From Octopus bimaculoides (lineage: Eukaryota), in contig NC_068984.1 of assembly GCF_001194135.2 (NCBI RefSeq), positions 64,823,013-64,887,012 on the forward strand: a stretch of 64,000 nt of DNA, given 5' to 3'. Within the stretch, counting starts at the first letter, position 1. The number at the start of each line of letters is the position of its first letter. The notes beneath the pieces are model-generated. The model was not told the DNA's origin. It was given only the letters and a program-made list of their open reading frames with translations, and ran no database searches. This document shows positions 39,513 to 51,690 of this stretch, in pieces. A program made the translations under genes and the position numbers.

Positions 39513-42500
39513 ATTACTGTTTTACCATTAAGCATACTACTGCACACATGAAAATATCTATATATTGTATTACTTTCAAGAGCTTTAATGAAAATTTCTG
39601 ACACTCTGCCCCTCTTTATTAATCAGAAGACAAGACAAAGTTTGCATTCCCAGAATTCTTCTTCCTTCATTCATAGAACTCTTCATCCATGAAGTTGGAC
39701 AAATCTAAAAATTTGGAAATCATCTTAGTTTTATTAGACATGATCATTTGTTTGCATCTTTTCCAGACTTCACAGCTCCTTCTTCTTGGAGGAGAACCAC
39801 TGATCTAGCTGACTACTGAATATCTTTGTGAAAAGGCTGAGAGCTAGCAAACAAATTTAATTATATACTCTATTTATTACATTGATAATGTATTCATCAA
39901 ACCCAGATGCATGCAAAGCAAATCAGTGTTTAAACTATTATTTTTGTGGAATTACCTTTTAGCTTACTATGCTATCCAGTCTGATGCAAACTGGCAGTAG
40001 ACTGCAATCTAATCATCTTATATGCATTATACAAATCCTTCTCCTCTAACCGGTTTAATGTACATGTTTGCTTCTGCATAGAATCAACTCACCCCACCAC
40101 TCAGTGCTTACATTTGGATTTTAGTAACAATGACTTCTTACATCTCAAAGACATTGGAGATTTATGCAAAGAGTTGCTGATCCTTAACAAATGCAACCTA
40201 CAGCTCATGTATTACCTTGCTTAAAAACAGATGTGGGTTGGCAACAGGGAGGGCATTCTGCTGTAGAGAATCTGCCTCAACAAATTTCATCTGATCTATG
40301 CAAGCATGGAAAAGTGGATGCTAAATGATCATGAGGCTTTACTACTTTTTTAACTGACTAAATAGTAAAGCAATAATGAATTGTATTCAGTGATTCAATG
40401 AGTAATGTATTTATTCATACAAAACTAACAAATTGTAAAATGGAGGGGATCTTTCTTTTTTTTTTTTAGCTAGATGGGGACTTGATGTCTGTAAAAAAAT
40501 TTAACCCAGTGTTTGTAATCTATGTGCTCAATTTCTTCCTTTATCAATTTGCTTGTTTACAATTAAGAAGACAGAATAGAAAAGAAACAGATGACATATC
40601 ATTAATTAGAATAATAGTATAGCCAGCTGAAACTTCTGTCATTCACATGAAGCGATAACATGCATGGAAGCCTATCAATAGACAATGATGTGGGAAGTTT
40701 TTATGCAAAATGTTGAGAATAATGATATCACATAATTAGGCAATAGGTAAATATTTTATCTTACAAAATAAATGTTAGAAGAGATAATTTTGAATTATTC
40801 ATTATCTCTCATTAGATGTCTTTAATTTGACAAGAAAATAAAGCAATCTTGTGTTGCTGTCACCTACTAACAATTGATTTCTTTTAAAGTTTAAGGCGGA
40901 ACTTAGAATAAGAAAGCATATAGTTGGAAATAGTTAGAACATAACCTTGGTTTATAAAATGAAAGCTCACAGCTAAAGCCATCATGTTTAAAGAATAATT
41001 TACATGTTGCATGACCCCCACCCACCACATAATAACACCAACAGATAAACTCAGTATTCTGTGATCTAATGGGTTGATGTGATTCAGTTATATAATTCAA
41101 ATATTAAAAAAAATAATTAGAAAAGAGAGGAAGCTGTCAGCAAGCAATGCTAATTCCTTTTTAATGGAATCATGAGACATTTTAGTTACTGTTTATTGTC
41201 ATATAAAGTTGATGTGAAAAACATTTTCTCTGTGGAACAGAATAAGAGTCAAGTACTAGCTAATTCATTTGAGAGATTAACATCAACTTTACAGTTTGTT
41301 AGTTTAAGACAAATATAGTAAAAAAAAAAAAGAAAGAAATTGCTAATGTTCCCAGCAATAGAATGACAGTAGCATGGTAAAAACTTAAAAATCCATTGTT
41401 GAAGAGTCAAGCATTTTAAACAAACAAACAAAACTGTGTGCATATATACAAAAAAAACATGCATGCACATACACAAAGAAACATTTGTTTTGTGCTTTAT
41501 ACATTTGCTCCCACATGTATACAAAATGCTGTACTTCTTTTATCCCCCTCTCTTTTCATTTTAATTTTACAGTTTTTAACATAAAATTATTTTAAATCGA
41601 ATATGAATAGACAGGTGTGTATGTTGAAATATGCATGCATGCTGTTTTCCCACATACATAGATGCACACTCAAGCACAATTCTAAAAAGTTAAATAGTTT
41701 TATGATAAAAGTAAAATGGATTTGTCTATTGAATGTTCAGTAAATCTTCATGTAAATCATGTAAATCTCTCTACTGGAATTAAACACACCCTACCATCAC
41801 CTAAAAGCAATGATCATAAAATTAAACACTGTCAGAAATGATCCATAATGGTTTAATTTGATTAGTCTAAGATATTTGGAGATTTACTGGAATGTTAGCA
41901 AAGAGAAATATAAATAAAACTAAACCTGGCATTATATTTCGACTGTAGTATGCCCTACTGGCTTTTCAAGGCATGACTTTTACACTTTATATTTATGAGG
42001 AATACCAAAAATTGTGGTTCAAAATCTGACAGTGTCTTTATGTATTTTACAACAGATTTGACTTTAATCTGTATGGTTTAAAAAAAAATAAAATAAAAAG
42101 TAAAGCAGGCTCAGAATTTAAAATCCCTAACAATTCTATTTAAGATGAGTCAACAACAGAGACTTGATAAAAACACTTACTCTGCTAAAAATAGAAGCCG
42201 GATTCCATTAAATCACACATCATAAATAAAGTGAAAAAGGACATAGATAAATACACAATAAGGCAGGTTGGTTGTAACCTGGATTATTTAATTTCATCTA
42301 ACCTGGTGTTAAGCAAAACAACTTTAAAGGGAGTGTAGAAGCTAGAATATACTAGGGGACAATATATAGAACACTTAAGGGTTCAATGAAATCGTTTGGA
42401 ATTTATGTTTATTTATAAAAAAATTCCAATTGTTAAAAAACTGGTAAATGCACATTATTAATTGCAGATTGTAAAAAAGCAATCCAACTGAATTAAACAT

Positions 42501-42629
42501 GCATGGCAACATGTCTGAAGCATATTTCAATGCATCCAGAACAGGATGTAACTCTAATATAATCAAATAATTCTCACCTAAATTAAACATGTGCTATCAA
42601 CCAATTACAAGCTTAGAGAAAAAGTAATA

Positions 42630-42754
42630 CAAAGATGACAGCGTGAGAGGGTGAATAGGAAGCTTATTCAATCAAATGCTGTTTTGCCTAGTTAATTCAC
42701 TTAGCTCTAGTTACACAAAAGAACACAAAGACTGGAACAGAAATCAATGACAGA
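42630..42754 (+). other. Candidate non-coding (alternative first) exon; start approximate
   Basis: Donor GACAGA|gtaagt at 42754/42755, followed by a 136-nt (CA)n-containing intron that ends in a strong acceptor at 42890. Confidence 0.4.
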
Positions 42755-42817
42755 GTAAGTTTGCATTTCTGTGCTTCTGATTGGGATACAATACATACAT
42801 AAACACATACGCACGCA

Positions 42818-42848
<31 letters not shown>

Positions 42849-42935
42849 TGAGGTGATATAGCTTCAATCTACAAATCTTTCTCCTCACAGGTAACGTAAA
42901 GTGCACTAAGCAATGCCTTTGAAAATCAGCAGCAC

Positions 42936-43061
42936 ATGCCACTGTCAAAACATATTGCCAGAATCGGTTTTCTTCTTAGAGACATCTGTCTCACTTTTTT
43001 TTTGTTTCTTTTGTACACACTGTGCCAAATTTTTAACTTTCTTATCTATCGGATTCCTCAG
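42936..43061 (+). CDS. Candidate start-codon exon encoding hydrophobic N-terminus MPLSKHIARIGFLLRDICLTFFLFLLYTLCQIFNFLIYRIPQ (exon 42891-43061)
   Basis: Acceptor aatctttctcctcacag|GTAACG, in-frame upstream TAA, ATG at 42936, 42 codons open to donor CAG|gtatga (phase 0). The central ~22 residues look like a transmembrane or signal-anchor segment. Gene not identified. Confidence 0.5.
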
Positions 43062-43622
43062 GTATGACTGAAAAGAGGAAACAAAATTTGAATCAGAATA
43101 CTGATGTTTCAACTGTGAATGAATGAGTAACCTTATTTATCACTTTCAATGAGAATATGTGTACAATAATGTTGTACAGTGGTAAGTTCTCAATAGGATG
43201 TAATTTTTTAGCTTGCACTTTCAAGTTAAACATCTCTAAGTTATTTAACTGAATTCAAATGAGAGAAAAATTAAGCTCAAATATTAGTGAAAACAAAAAT
43301 GTCCAATAAAGAACTGATTAAAAACTATTGAATTCTAAGAATAAAAGCGCTTGCAAACATTACAGGAAATTGTTAAAGCAGGGAACTCCTTCACAGAGTG
43401 TAAGTGTACAAAGGCATGATGAATGTGTATATGTATACAGGATTGCAGAGATTAGGGAATATTTAAGAAAGCTGGTTTAGCATGCATAACTGCTCAAAAG
43501 GTTGCTGTGTTGGCATTTCTTCCAATCTAATTGATCAGTTAAAGTAATAAGCCAATAAATTCTGGTTTTTACAATTTGAGTATAGATAAAATCACTGAAA
43601 ACCAACTTATCCTATATATTAG

Positions 43623-43710
43623 ATAAAAACTTAATAAATTATAAATAAAAACTTAATAAATTATAAGTAAAAACTTAATAAATTATAAATAAAAACTTAA
43701 TAATTAATAA
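43623..43710. repeat. 22-bp AT-rich minisatellite, 4 copies
   Basis: Unit ataaaaacttaataaattataa. Confidence 0.9.
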
Positions 43711-45329
43711 ATTATTGGAAAATTAGTTAGCAAGTGCTCCAATGTACAACACGGAGAGAAAAACTACACAAATGCACTAATAAAAGACTTAGATTATAGC
43801 TTTGAATTTGGCATAACAAATTGAGTGTCCAACTGGGTTAGTTTTATACAATAAACATTTCAGCAGCTGGTTCTCAAACTCTGAGAAGAAAATGTGGTGC
43901 AATAGATACCCTGGAAGAATTTATCAGAATACATAATCAAACACCTTTCAATCATACCATAGTAAGTGTCCTATAGCATAATAGCATAACTTAAAAAATT
44001 ATGAATATCATATCAGCACTAGTTAACACCAAAATCACCTTTCCTCAAGGGAGATATAAATTAGACTATTTCTCTTAAAAAAAAACTCCTTGTAGAATTT
44101 TATCCTATAATTTTGATGTGGAGTAACTTGATTGAAAAGTTGCTTTTTGATGCCTTGAATGAAACAGTAGTTTGGAAATGAGCTTTGTAATCATGAGCTT
44201 TTCTTCTTTTGATGCTATAGCAACTATAAATGATCTCAACATTCAAAAGTTATAAAAAAAGAAAAACCTTAAACTGTTAATTGTTATGCAACCATAATTT
44301 ACTAGAAAGTATATTAAACATTTTTATAAGTCAAAACTGTGTTTCACTGTGTTAATAAAATACTGTGTCCCTACAAGTCATTACTATGTACGTACCAGCT
44401 GCCAAGAATGTGTTTAATATGTAAAATTGATATATCCAATAATGTGACACTACTACAACATGTAGTGGCTATTTAAGCAATGAATTAATGAGTTGGATGG
44501 GTGCTGATGAAAGAACAAGAACTCCTGAAATATGTCATATACACCTATTACTTCCTTTTTTATCATCGATCTCATTGTTGCTGTTTACATCAGGCATCTC
44601 AGATACAAAACATTATAACAAAATCAGTGCTGGCTATAGTTTCTATAGAAAATCTGTAGGGTTAACCTTATCAAGTGAAACCCTAAAATATTTTGTTAAG
44701 TAGAAATAAGACGAGTGAGAGAATGATATAATAACTATTCTTAGACCGTCTGATCATGTATTTTGTTAATATACCACTATATTTCTTTAAAAAAATTTTA
44801 TTTTGCATTACGTCAATTTACCTAGCTGTCTGGAATATATGCACAGCCTCAAATAAAAGCACTGTTTGTGAAAGACTAGTGTTTTATCCTGGAGGTGGAG
44901 ATGTAAGCTTTGATCAACTTCAGTAACACCAAGAAAATAGAGCAAAACAGGAAATACAATAGACATACAGACATATACATACATATATGCACACTTACAA
45001 AGAACAATTGCAATACACTACACCTCACAACATAAAACTGGATTGGAAAACATTAATGGGCAACACATCTATGCTTCAAAGAATTTGCAGCAGATTATTA
45101 ATAGAAGCAATAATTATGGTATAGAACAATGTTAAAATATATGGAAAGATAACAGACACTGGTAAAAAAAAAAAAAAAGGCAACTAATATTGTATTAATC
45201 TAACAATTGAAATTAAATTTCAGCATAAATATCTTCACCAGTAATCTTGGCTTTGCCTACTATAAATCGTGATTAACAGATTTCAACATCACTTTGTCCT
45301 GATAATGAGACTATGAAGGTCTATAGATA

Positions 45330-45545
45330 TTGGTTTCAAATTTTGGTACAATGCCAGCAATTTCAGAGGCGGGATTAAGTTGATTAAATCAACCCCAGTG
45401 TTCAACTAGTACTAATTTCATCAACACCAAAAGGATAGAAGGCAAAGCTGACCTTGGCAGAAATGGAACTGATAACATGAAGGCAGATGCAATGCCACTA
45501 AGAATTTTGCCTGACATGCTAACAATTCCACCAGCTCTTTGCTTT
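45330..45545 (-). mobile_element. tRNA-derived SINE family 1, old CpG-decayed copy
   Basis: ggtttcaaattttggtacaatgccagcaatt...aaccccagtgttcaactagtac...ggcaaagctgaccttggcagaa...ttttgcctgacatgctaacaattc. Confidence 0.75.
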
Positions 45546-46458
45546 TAGGTCTATGAATATTGATAATGGAATGTAGGAACTTCAATGTTCTAATGAAACA
45601 AAATTATATGTAAAGATGAAAAAAGAAAATAACTTTGATAAGAAACATAAAACTAGAACACAGTTACATATTCAACATGACTTATATACATATACATATA
45701 TTTATTTACACACATACACACACACACACACACATACATGCAAGCATGCACACCTATAATCTTCTATAGTCTTCTATCTATCAACATAATGTTTTTTCTA
45801 CAAAAATATGGCTTTAATTATTTTCCATAAGTTTTTCCACCAATTTTATTAGTGGCTCTAGTAGAGTTCCAAGTTGTGATGTTCAAGTATTCAATGATCC
45901 ACAGTTTGATCATTCAGCCACTAATACACCAGGAAAATATTAAGTCAGATTACGTAATAAAACTCACTATCAATAGAATCTTAGGATGTTTGTAATTAAA
46001 TATTAGCAGTGAATTATCTACATATTTCCATAACAAACTTGTTGTTAACCTACATACCCTGATAATTCCTATTCTGTCTTTGTTTGTCTTCTATATTTGT
46101 ATGTCTATTTCCTTTCAATGCAAATTATGCAAATATAGACTAACAGCAAACTACAAAGTCTAGTGACAAATATCTAACAACATTTCTATCTATTTTTTAC
46201 AGTACATTTATTAATATACATAACACTAACTTTATTTATCATCTGCCATTTCTGGTTCTGTCATCAAGTCTTCATAACTCTGACTTCTGTCTTACTGTAT
46301 ATATTCCTTTTAGCTTTCACACCTCCTCCCTCTCCTCAAGCAATTGCCTTAATTACCCATCTGTTTTATCTCTGATCAATTTCTCCATCATTCTCTTATT
46401 CCTACACACACACAAACTACATAAATAAATGTAGTGTATGTATATATATATATTTTTT

Positions 46459-46760
46459 TACTCTTTTACTTGTTTCAGTCTTTTGACTGTGGCCATGCTG
46501 GAGCACCGCCTTTAGTCGAGTAAATCGACCCCAGGACTTATTCTTTGGAAGTCTAGTACTTATTCTATCGGTCTCTTTTGCCGAACCGCTAAGTTACGGG
46601 GACATAAATATCGGTTGTCAAGTGATGTTGGGGGAACAAACACAGACACACAAACACAGACACACATACACATATATATATACATATATACGACGGGCTT
46701 CTTTCAGTTTCCGCCTACCAAATCCACTCACAAGGCTTTGGTCGGCCCGAGGCTATAGTA
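46459..46760 (-). mobile_element. tRNA-derived SINE family 2, well preserved, runs into gap
   Basis: Reverse complement closely matches 37360-37680. Another family-2 head lies at 47656-47740 (-) and partial copies at about 23600-23750, 30800-30940 and 54890-55030. Confidence 0.9.
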
Positions 46761-47430
46761 NNNNNNNNNNNNNNNNNNNNNNNNNNNNNNNNNNNNNNNN
46801 NNNNNNNNNNNNNNNNNNNNNNNNNNNNNNNNNNNNNNNNNNNNNNNNNNNNNNNNNNNNNNNNNNNNNNNNNNNNNNNNNNNNNNNNNNNNNNNNNNNN
46901 NNNNNNNNNNNNNNNNNNNNNNNNNNNNNNNNNNNNNNNNNNNNNNNNNNNNNNNNNNNNNNNNNNNNNNNNNNNNNNNNNNNNNNNNNNNNNNNNNNNN
47001 NNNNNNNNNNNNNNNNNNNNNNNNNNNNNNNNNNNNNNNNNNNNNNNNNNNNNNNNNNNNNNNNNNNNNNNNNNNNNNNNNNNNNNNNNNNNNNNNNNNN
47101 NNNNNNNNNNNNNNNNNNNNNNNNNNNNNNNNNNNNNNNNNNNNNNNNNNNNNNNNNNNNNNNNNNNNNNNNNNNNNNNNNNNNNNNNNNNNNNNNNNNN
47201 NNNNNNNNNNNNNNNNNNNNNNNNNNNNNNNNNNNNNNNNNNNNNNNNNNNNNNNNNNNNNNNNNNNNNNNNNNNNNNNNNNNNNNNATATATATGTATA
47301 GTAATATATATATATATATATAGATATATATTTATATATATAAAGGTTGAACGTGGATTCATCCTTTAATTGGAGGTTTCCCAAAAAGATTTCTAATGTT
47401 GATTCTTCATACTTTGCTGGTAGTTTACAG

Positions 47431-47450
47431 GCATAAATTGGCGAAGATAT
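47431..47450 (+). CDS. Candidate 20-nt microexon ((G)INWRRY or (R)HKLAKI)
   Basis: tagtttacag|GCATAAATTGGCGAAGATAT|gtaagt. Good donor, but a competing AG lies 7 nt upstream of the acceptor. Confidence 0.3.
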
Positions 47451-47779
47451 GTAAGTAGTACTTGTATGATGAATTTAGGGAATGAAGTTCCATAAATCCC
47501 ATAAATTTCATTAAGAATGGAGGAAACAAATTGTTAAAATTAATAAGATGTTTAATTTGTACAGAGGTATAATAATAATATAAATTCATGATTGAATTAA
47601 ATAAAATAAATATTATCGTACTATTCAGTGCAGGAAGAGAAAAAAAAAAACCCAATTGCCCAAGGTGCCACACAGTGGTACTGAACTCAGAACCATGTAG
47701 TTGGTAAGCAAGCTACTTACCACACAGCCACTCCTGCACCTATTGGTGTGTGTGTGTGTGTGTGTGTGTNNNNNNNNNN

Positions 47780-47824
<45 letters not shown>

Positions 47825-48515
47825 TGTACATATATATATAATGTTTATACACATATATGTATAAACACATATATGACATATACATGTTATCTCTTTTAAT
47901 TTCCCTTTATTTTTTACTTGCTTCTGTCATAGTCTGCAACCATGTAGCACATACTTAAAGGGTTTAGTCCAACAAGGGACCACACTACTTGCTTTAAGTT
48001 TTCTTTCCATTCTGTGTTCAACTTCACTTTTCTTCCCTTTGTGTTAAATAAAACAATAAAACAAAATATCAGTGATGTACTGAAGTTGGTTGCATTAAAT
48101 AACACCCTCCCCTTAAAACTGCTAGTCTTGTAACCAAATAAGAAATGACTCCTATTAGTCAATTAGTTAACCAATTAGCTAATCAATTGGTTTGATTTAA
48201 CTGTTTGCTTGATCAACCAATCTCATTTTTCAGAGTACTTTTATCATCAATGGTAACCTCATCAATGACTTGGCCTTATGACATCAGATCTGCCCCAACG
48301 TTTTTAAAATTTTGGGAATATAGCTATAATTTTGAGGACATGTCTGCGTCAGCATGTATGGTGAATTATTAAGTGAGTATGTGAGTGATCGTGTATATAG
48401 TTTCCTACATTTTCATATGGCTTTGTGTCTTTGAGAGCAGACTGTGTGTGTATGTGTGTGTCTGAATGTGTACACACAGACACAGGAAATGTGTGTGTAT
48501 TTGTATGTGCATCTG

Positions 48516-48547
<32 letters not shown>

Positions 48548-48550
48548 TGC

Positions 48551-48584
<34 letters not shown>

Positions 48585-49976
48585 NNNNNNNNNNACATAT
48601 ATAAACATTTGAGTGTATATGTATATCTATATACAAGCACACACATATACACATGCACATACACGCACATACACAAACATACATTGTTCATGTTCTACTC
48701 ACACGCACACATAGAGAAGCCATTATCACTGGAACCAGCAGCAATTCCATTGTAACCTCTGCAACAACTTGCAACTGCTGTGCTGCTGCAACTGTCACAT
48801 TGCTACTGCATTCGCACAATATACTGATTCCTCACTTAAGAAAAATCTGAAATAGCTAAGTATAGATATCTTCCAAATTTGGAAAACATCTGTATTTCTA
48901 TAAAATCAACTAGTTATGCAAGAGGATACCCATAGAGAGTCAACCATGGCGACCTTAAATTTTAGTAAACCTGATACCGCTTTCAATGATATATTATAAC
49001 AGATTTGGTATAACTAGCACCATTGTCAGTAAATGTTGTATATCACTGTATACTGTCAATGTCTACTTCTGTATTTCATTTCCATCATAGGTGAGGTTTA
49101 CGTTTCAGTAGGACCATATTTTCACAGATTTTGTGGCTTAATACCAAATAAACAAATACTGCGATTTCGAGGCTAATCTAAATGAGATAAATTTAACTAA
49201 TTCCTAACATCCAAAATAGAAAAGAACTGGAGAAGCTTTTCACCATTATGTAACAGATGACTAGGAAATGGTCATTAATTTTATTGCTAGAACTACTTTG
49301 CAGTGTATATAGTCATATGAATAACTTCTTTATAATTCACTGCTTATTGTATTACAGCTATTTTCCTCCATAGAAGTGCAGCTAAAATGTTTCCAGTAAA
49401 CTGGAACTTAGATATAATTTTTTAAATATTAGTTTCCACTGCTGGATGCCATTTCTAGTTCTTTTAAACTCTGTTCTGTAATGTATATACTGTATGTTTC
49501 AGCCAGATAAATTGAAGTAAGCAGATGACTTGCCCACAGAGGTATGTGTGTGTGTGTGTGTACACACAAATGGTATATATATATATATATTTATACATAC
49601 ATACACACACATAAGACAGGCAAGTTAATCGTTTTCAATGTCAACGTTTATTGTTTTACATGTCTGTAGGTGAATGCATAGGTACTATCCTATATATTCT
49701 CATATCTAGAATATAAAATCCACAACATGGTTTTATGTAGCAATCTGAAGGGACAGGAAAAATAAAATAGAATAAAATTCCCACTGCTTCACATGGACAA
49801 GAACACTTAAAAGGGATAATCTGAAAGTATCAGGTGCATTAGTAGGGAGATCCCAAAATAAAGACTGAAGAACAGTGTGGAAATACCATAAAAGGAATGA
49901 ATCCAGAGAAGCTGCAATATAAAAATTGGATACACATGCAATACACAGCCACTTATTCATCTGAATAAAATACACA

Positions 49977-50080
<104 letters not shown>

Positions 50081-50259
50081 CACACACACACACACACTAT
50101 ATTGCTACATAGGCTTTAAAAGATATCTGTTAGTAGATAGCATTTCATGTCTATTTGTAATGCTCCTGGGAAAAGAACATAAATTTTATATCACACTTAA
50201 CATTCATGCAAAATATGCCACCTTCATATGTTTATGATAGTAAGTGCATCCCCAACCTC

Positions 50260-50290
<31 letters not shown>

Positions 50291-50293
50291 GTG

Positions 50294-50648
50294 TTTGACG
50301 TCCGTTTTCCATGCTGGCATGGGTTGGACAGTTTGACTGAGATCTGGAGGGCCAGTGGCTACACCAGGCTCCAATCTGATCTGGCAATGTGTCTACAGCT
50401 GGATGCCCTTCCTAATGCCAACTATTCTGAGAGTGTAGTGGGTGTTTTTTACATGCCACCAGCACAGGAGCTAGTCAGGCGGGCCTGGCATCAATCACAT
50501 TCAGATAGTGCTTTTTATGTGCCCCTGGCACGGGGGCCAGTCAGGGGGTATTGGCATCGGTCACATTCAGATGGTGCTTTTTACATACCACTGGAATGGG
50601 AGCCAGTCAGGCGGACCTGGTATCGATCACATTCAGATGGTGCCTTTT
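50294..50648 (-). mobile_element. SINE family 3 with internal 66-bp tandem array (3 copies, 50442-50639)
   Basis: gtccgttttccatgctggcatgggttggac...ctacagctggatgcccttcctaatgccaac, followed by a unit of the form gtgctttttacatgccaccagcacaggagctagtcaggcgggcctggcatcaatcacattcagatg. Confidence 0.9.
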
Positions 50649-51329
50649 GTGAGTATGTATGTATGTAGTTGAAATTTATAGAAAAACAAAGACGAAGGCA
50701 GGTGTATGAACAACAAGCAAATGTATTAGTTTGACGCATGGGAAAGTGAAAAAGTTTTGCATGTATCTATGTATAGGTGCACTTGAGTCAGATTCAACAA
50801 TACAATTTCAAGTTATTTCAAAAACACAGCACCATCATTTCACTGAATTATTGCATACTCTTTGTGTAATCATCAGACAAAATCAACATAATAATCAGTT
50901 TGAGAAGGGATTGGTCTTTAAATATACAGGCACAGAGGGCTTGGGTTCATCTGAAACTATGGTAGTGTACATTTACCTAAGGTGCCATGCAGTAATGTCA
51001 TCATAAAGAGCTCAAAATTGCAAAGTAAACTTCTTATGCATTCTGCCAAGACTGTGCAAGAATGGCCACACAGCAAAGAAGCTTGCTTCTTAATTACTAA
51101 ATTAAGTGCATGCACACAGTTTGTTCCAGGTCTGTTTGTTATATTTTTTCACACTAAATAGTCATGTTTAGATGTATGTTTCATACAACATGTGTGTTAT
51201 TTTTTAATCCCAAAACACTTCACTATTATAAAATATTTATAAAACTAAGCTTAGTTTCAGAAGTGCCAGACACAAAATTTGAGTGCTAGATTAACAACAA
51301 AAGTATGTATTTCTCTGTGTGTGCATACA

Positions 51330-51392
<63 letters not shown>

Positions 51393-51421
51393 ATATGTAT
51401 ATATATATATCTCTATATATT

Positions 51422-51455
<34 letters not shown>

Positions 51456-51458
<3 letters not shown>

Positions 51459-51690
51459 TCATCATCATCATCATCGTTTAACGTCTGCTTTCAATGCTAG
51501 CATTGGTTGGACGATTTGACTGAGGACTGGTGAAACCAGATGGCTACACCAGGCTCCAATCTGATTTGGCAGAGTTTCTACAGCTGGATGCCCTTCCTAA
51601 TGCCAACCACTCAGAGAGTGTAGTGGGTGCTTTTACGTGCCACCGGCATGAAGGCCAGTCAAGCAGTACTGGCAATGGCCACGCTCAAAT
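51456..51690 (-). mobile_element. SINE family 3 with (GAT)n tail
   Basis: (CAT)n-cgtttaacgtctgctttc...ctacagctggatgcccttcctaatgccaaccactc...gtgggtgcttttacgtgccaccggc. Confidence 0.9.

Noticed and set aside
42936-47450. Resemblance of MPLSKHIA and GINWRRY to the cis-prenyltransferase motif PKHIAFIMDGNRRY
   Set aside because: The pieces are far apart and out of phase, and the catalytic MDG is absent. Coincidental.
47656-47740. tRNA-like sequences with A and B boxes (also 29381, 38863, 37292, 26060-26136)
   Set aside because: They run directly into SINE bodies and I could not fold a full cloverleaf. They are SINE heads, not tRNA genes.
50442-50648. Regularly spaced repeats that could suggest a CRISPR-like array
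   Set aside because: Head-to-tail tandem units with no unique spacers, inside a eukaryotic SINE.
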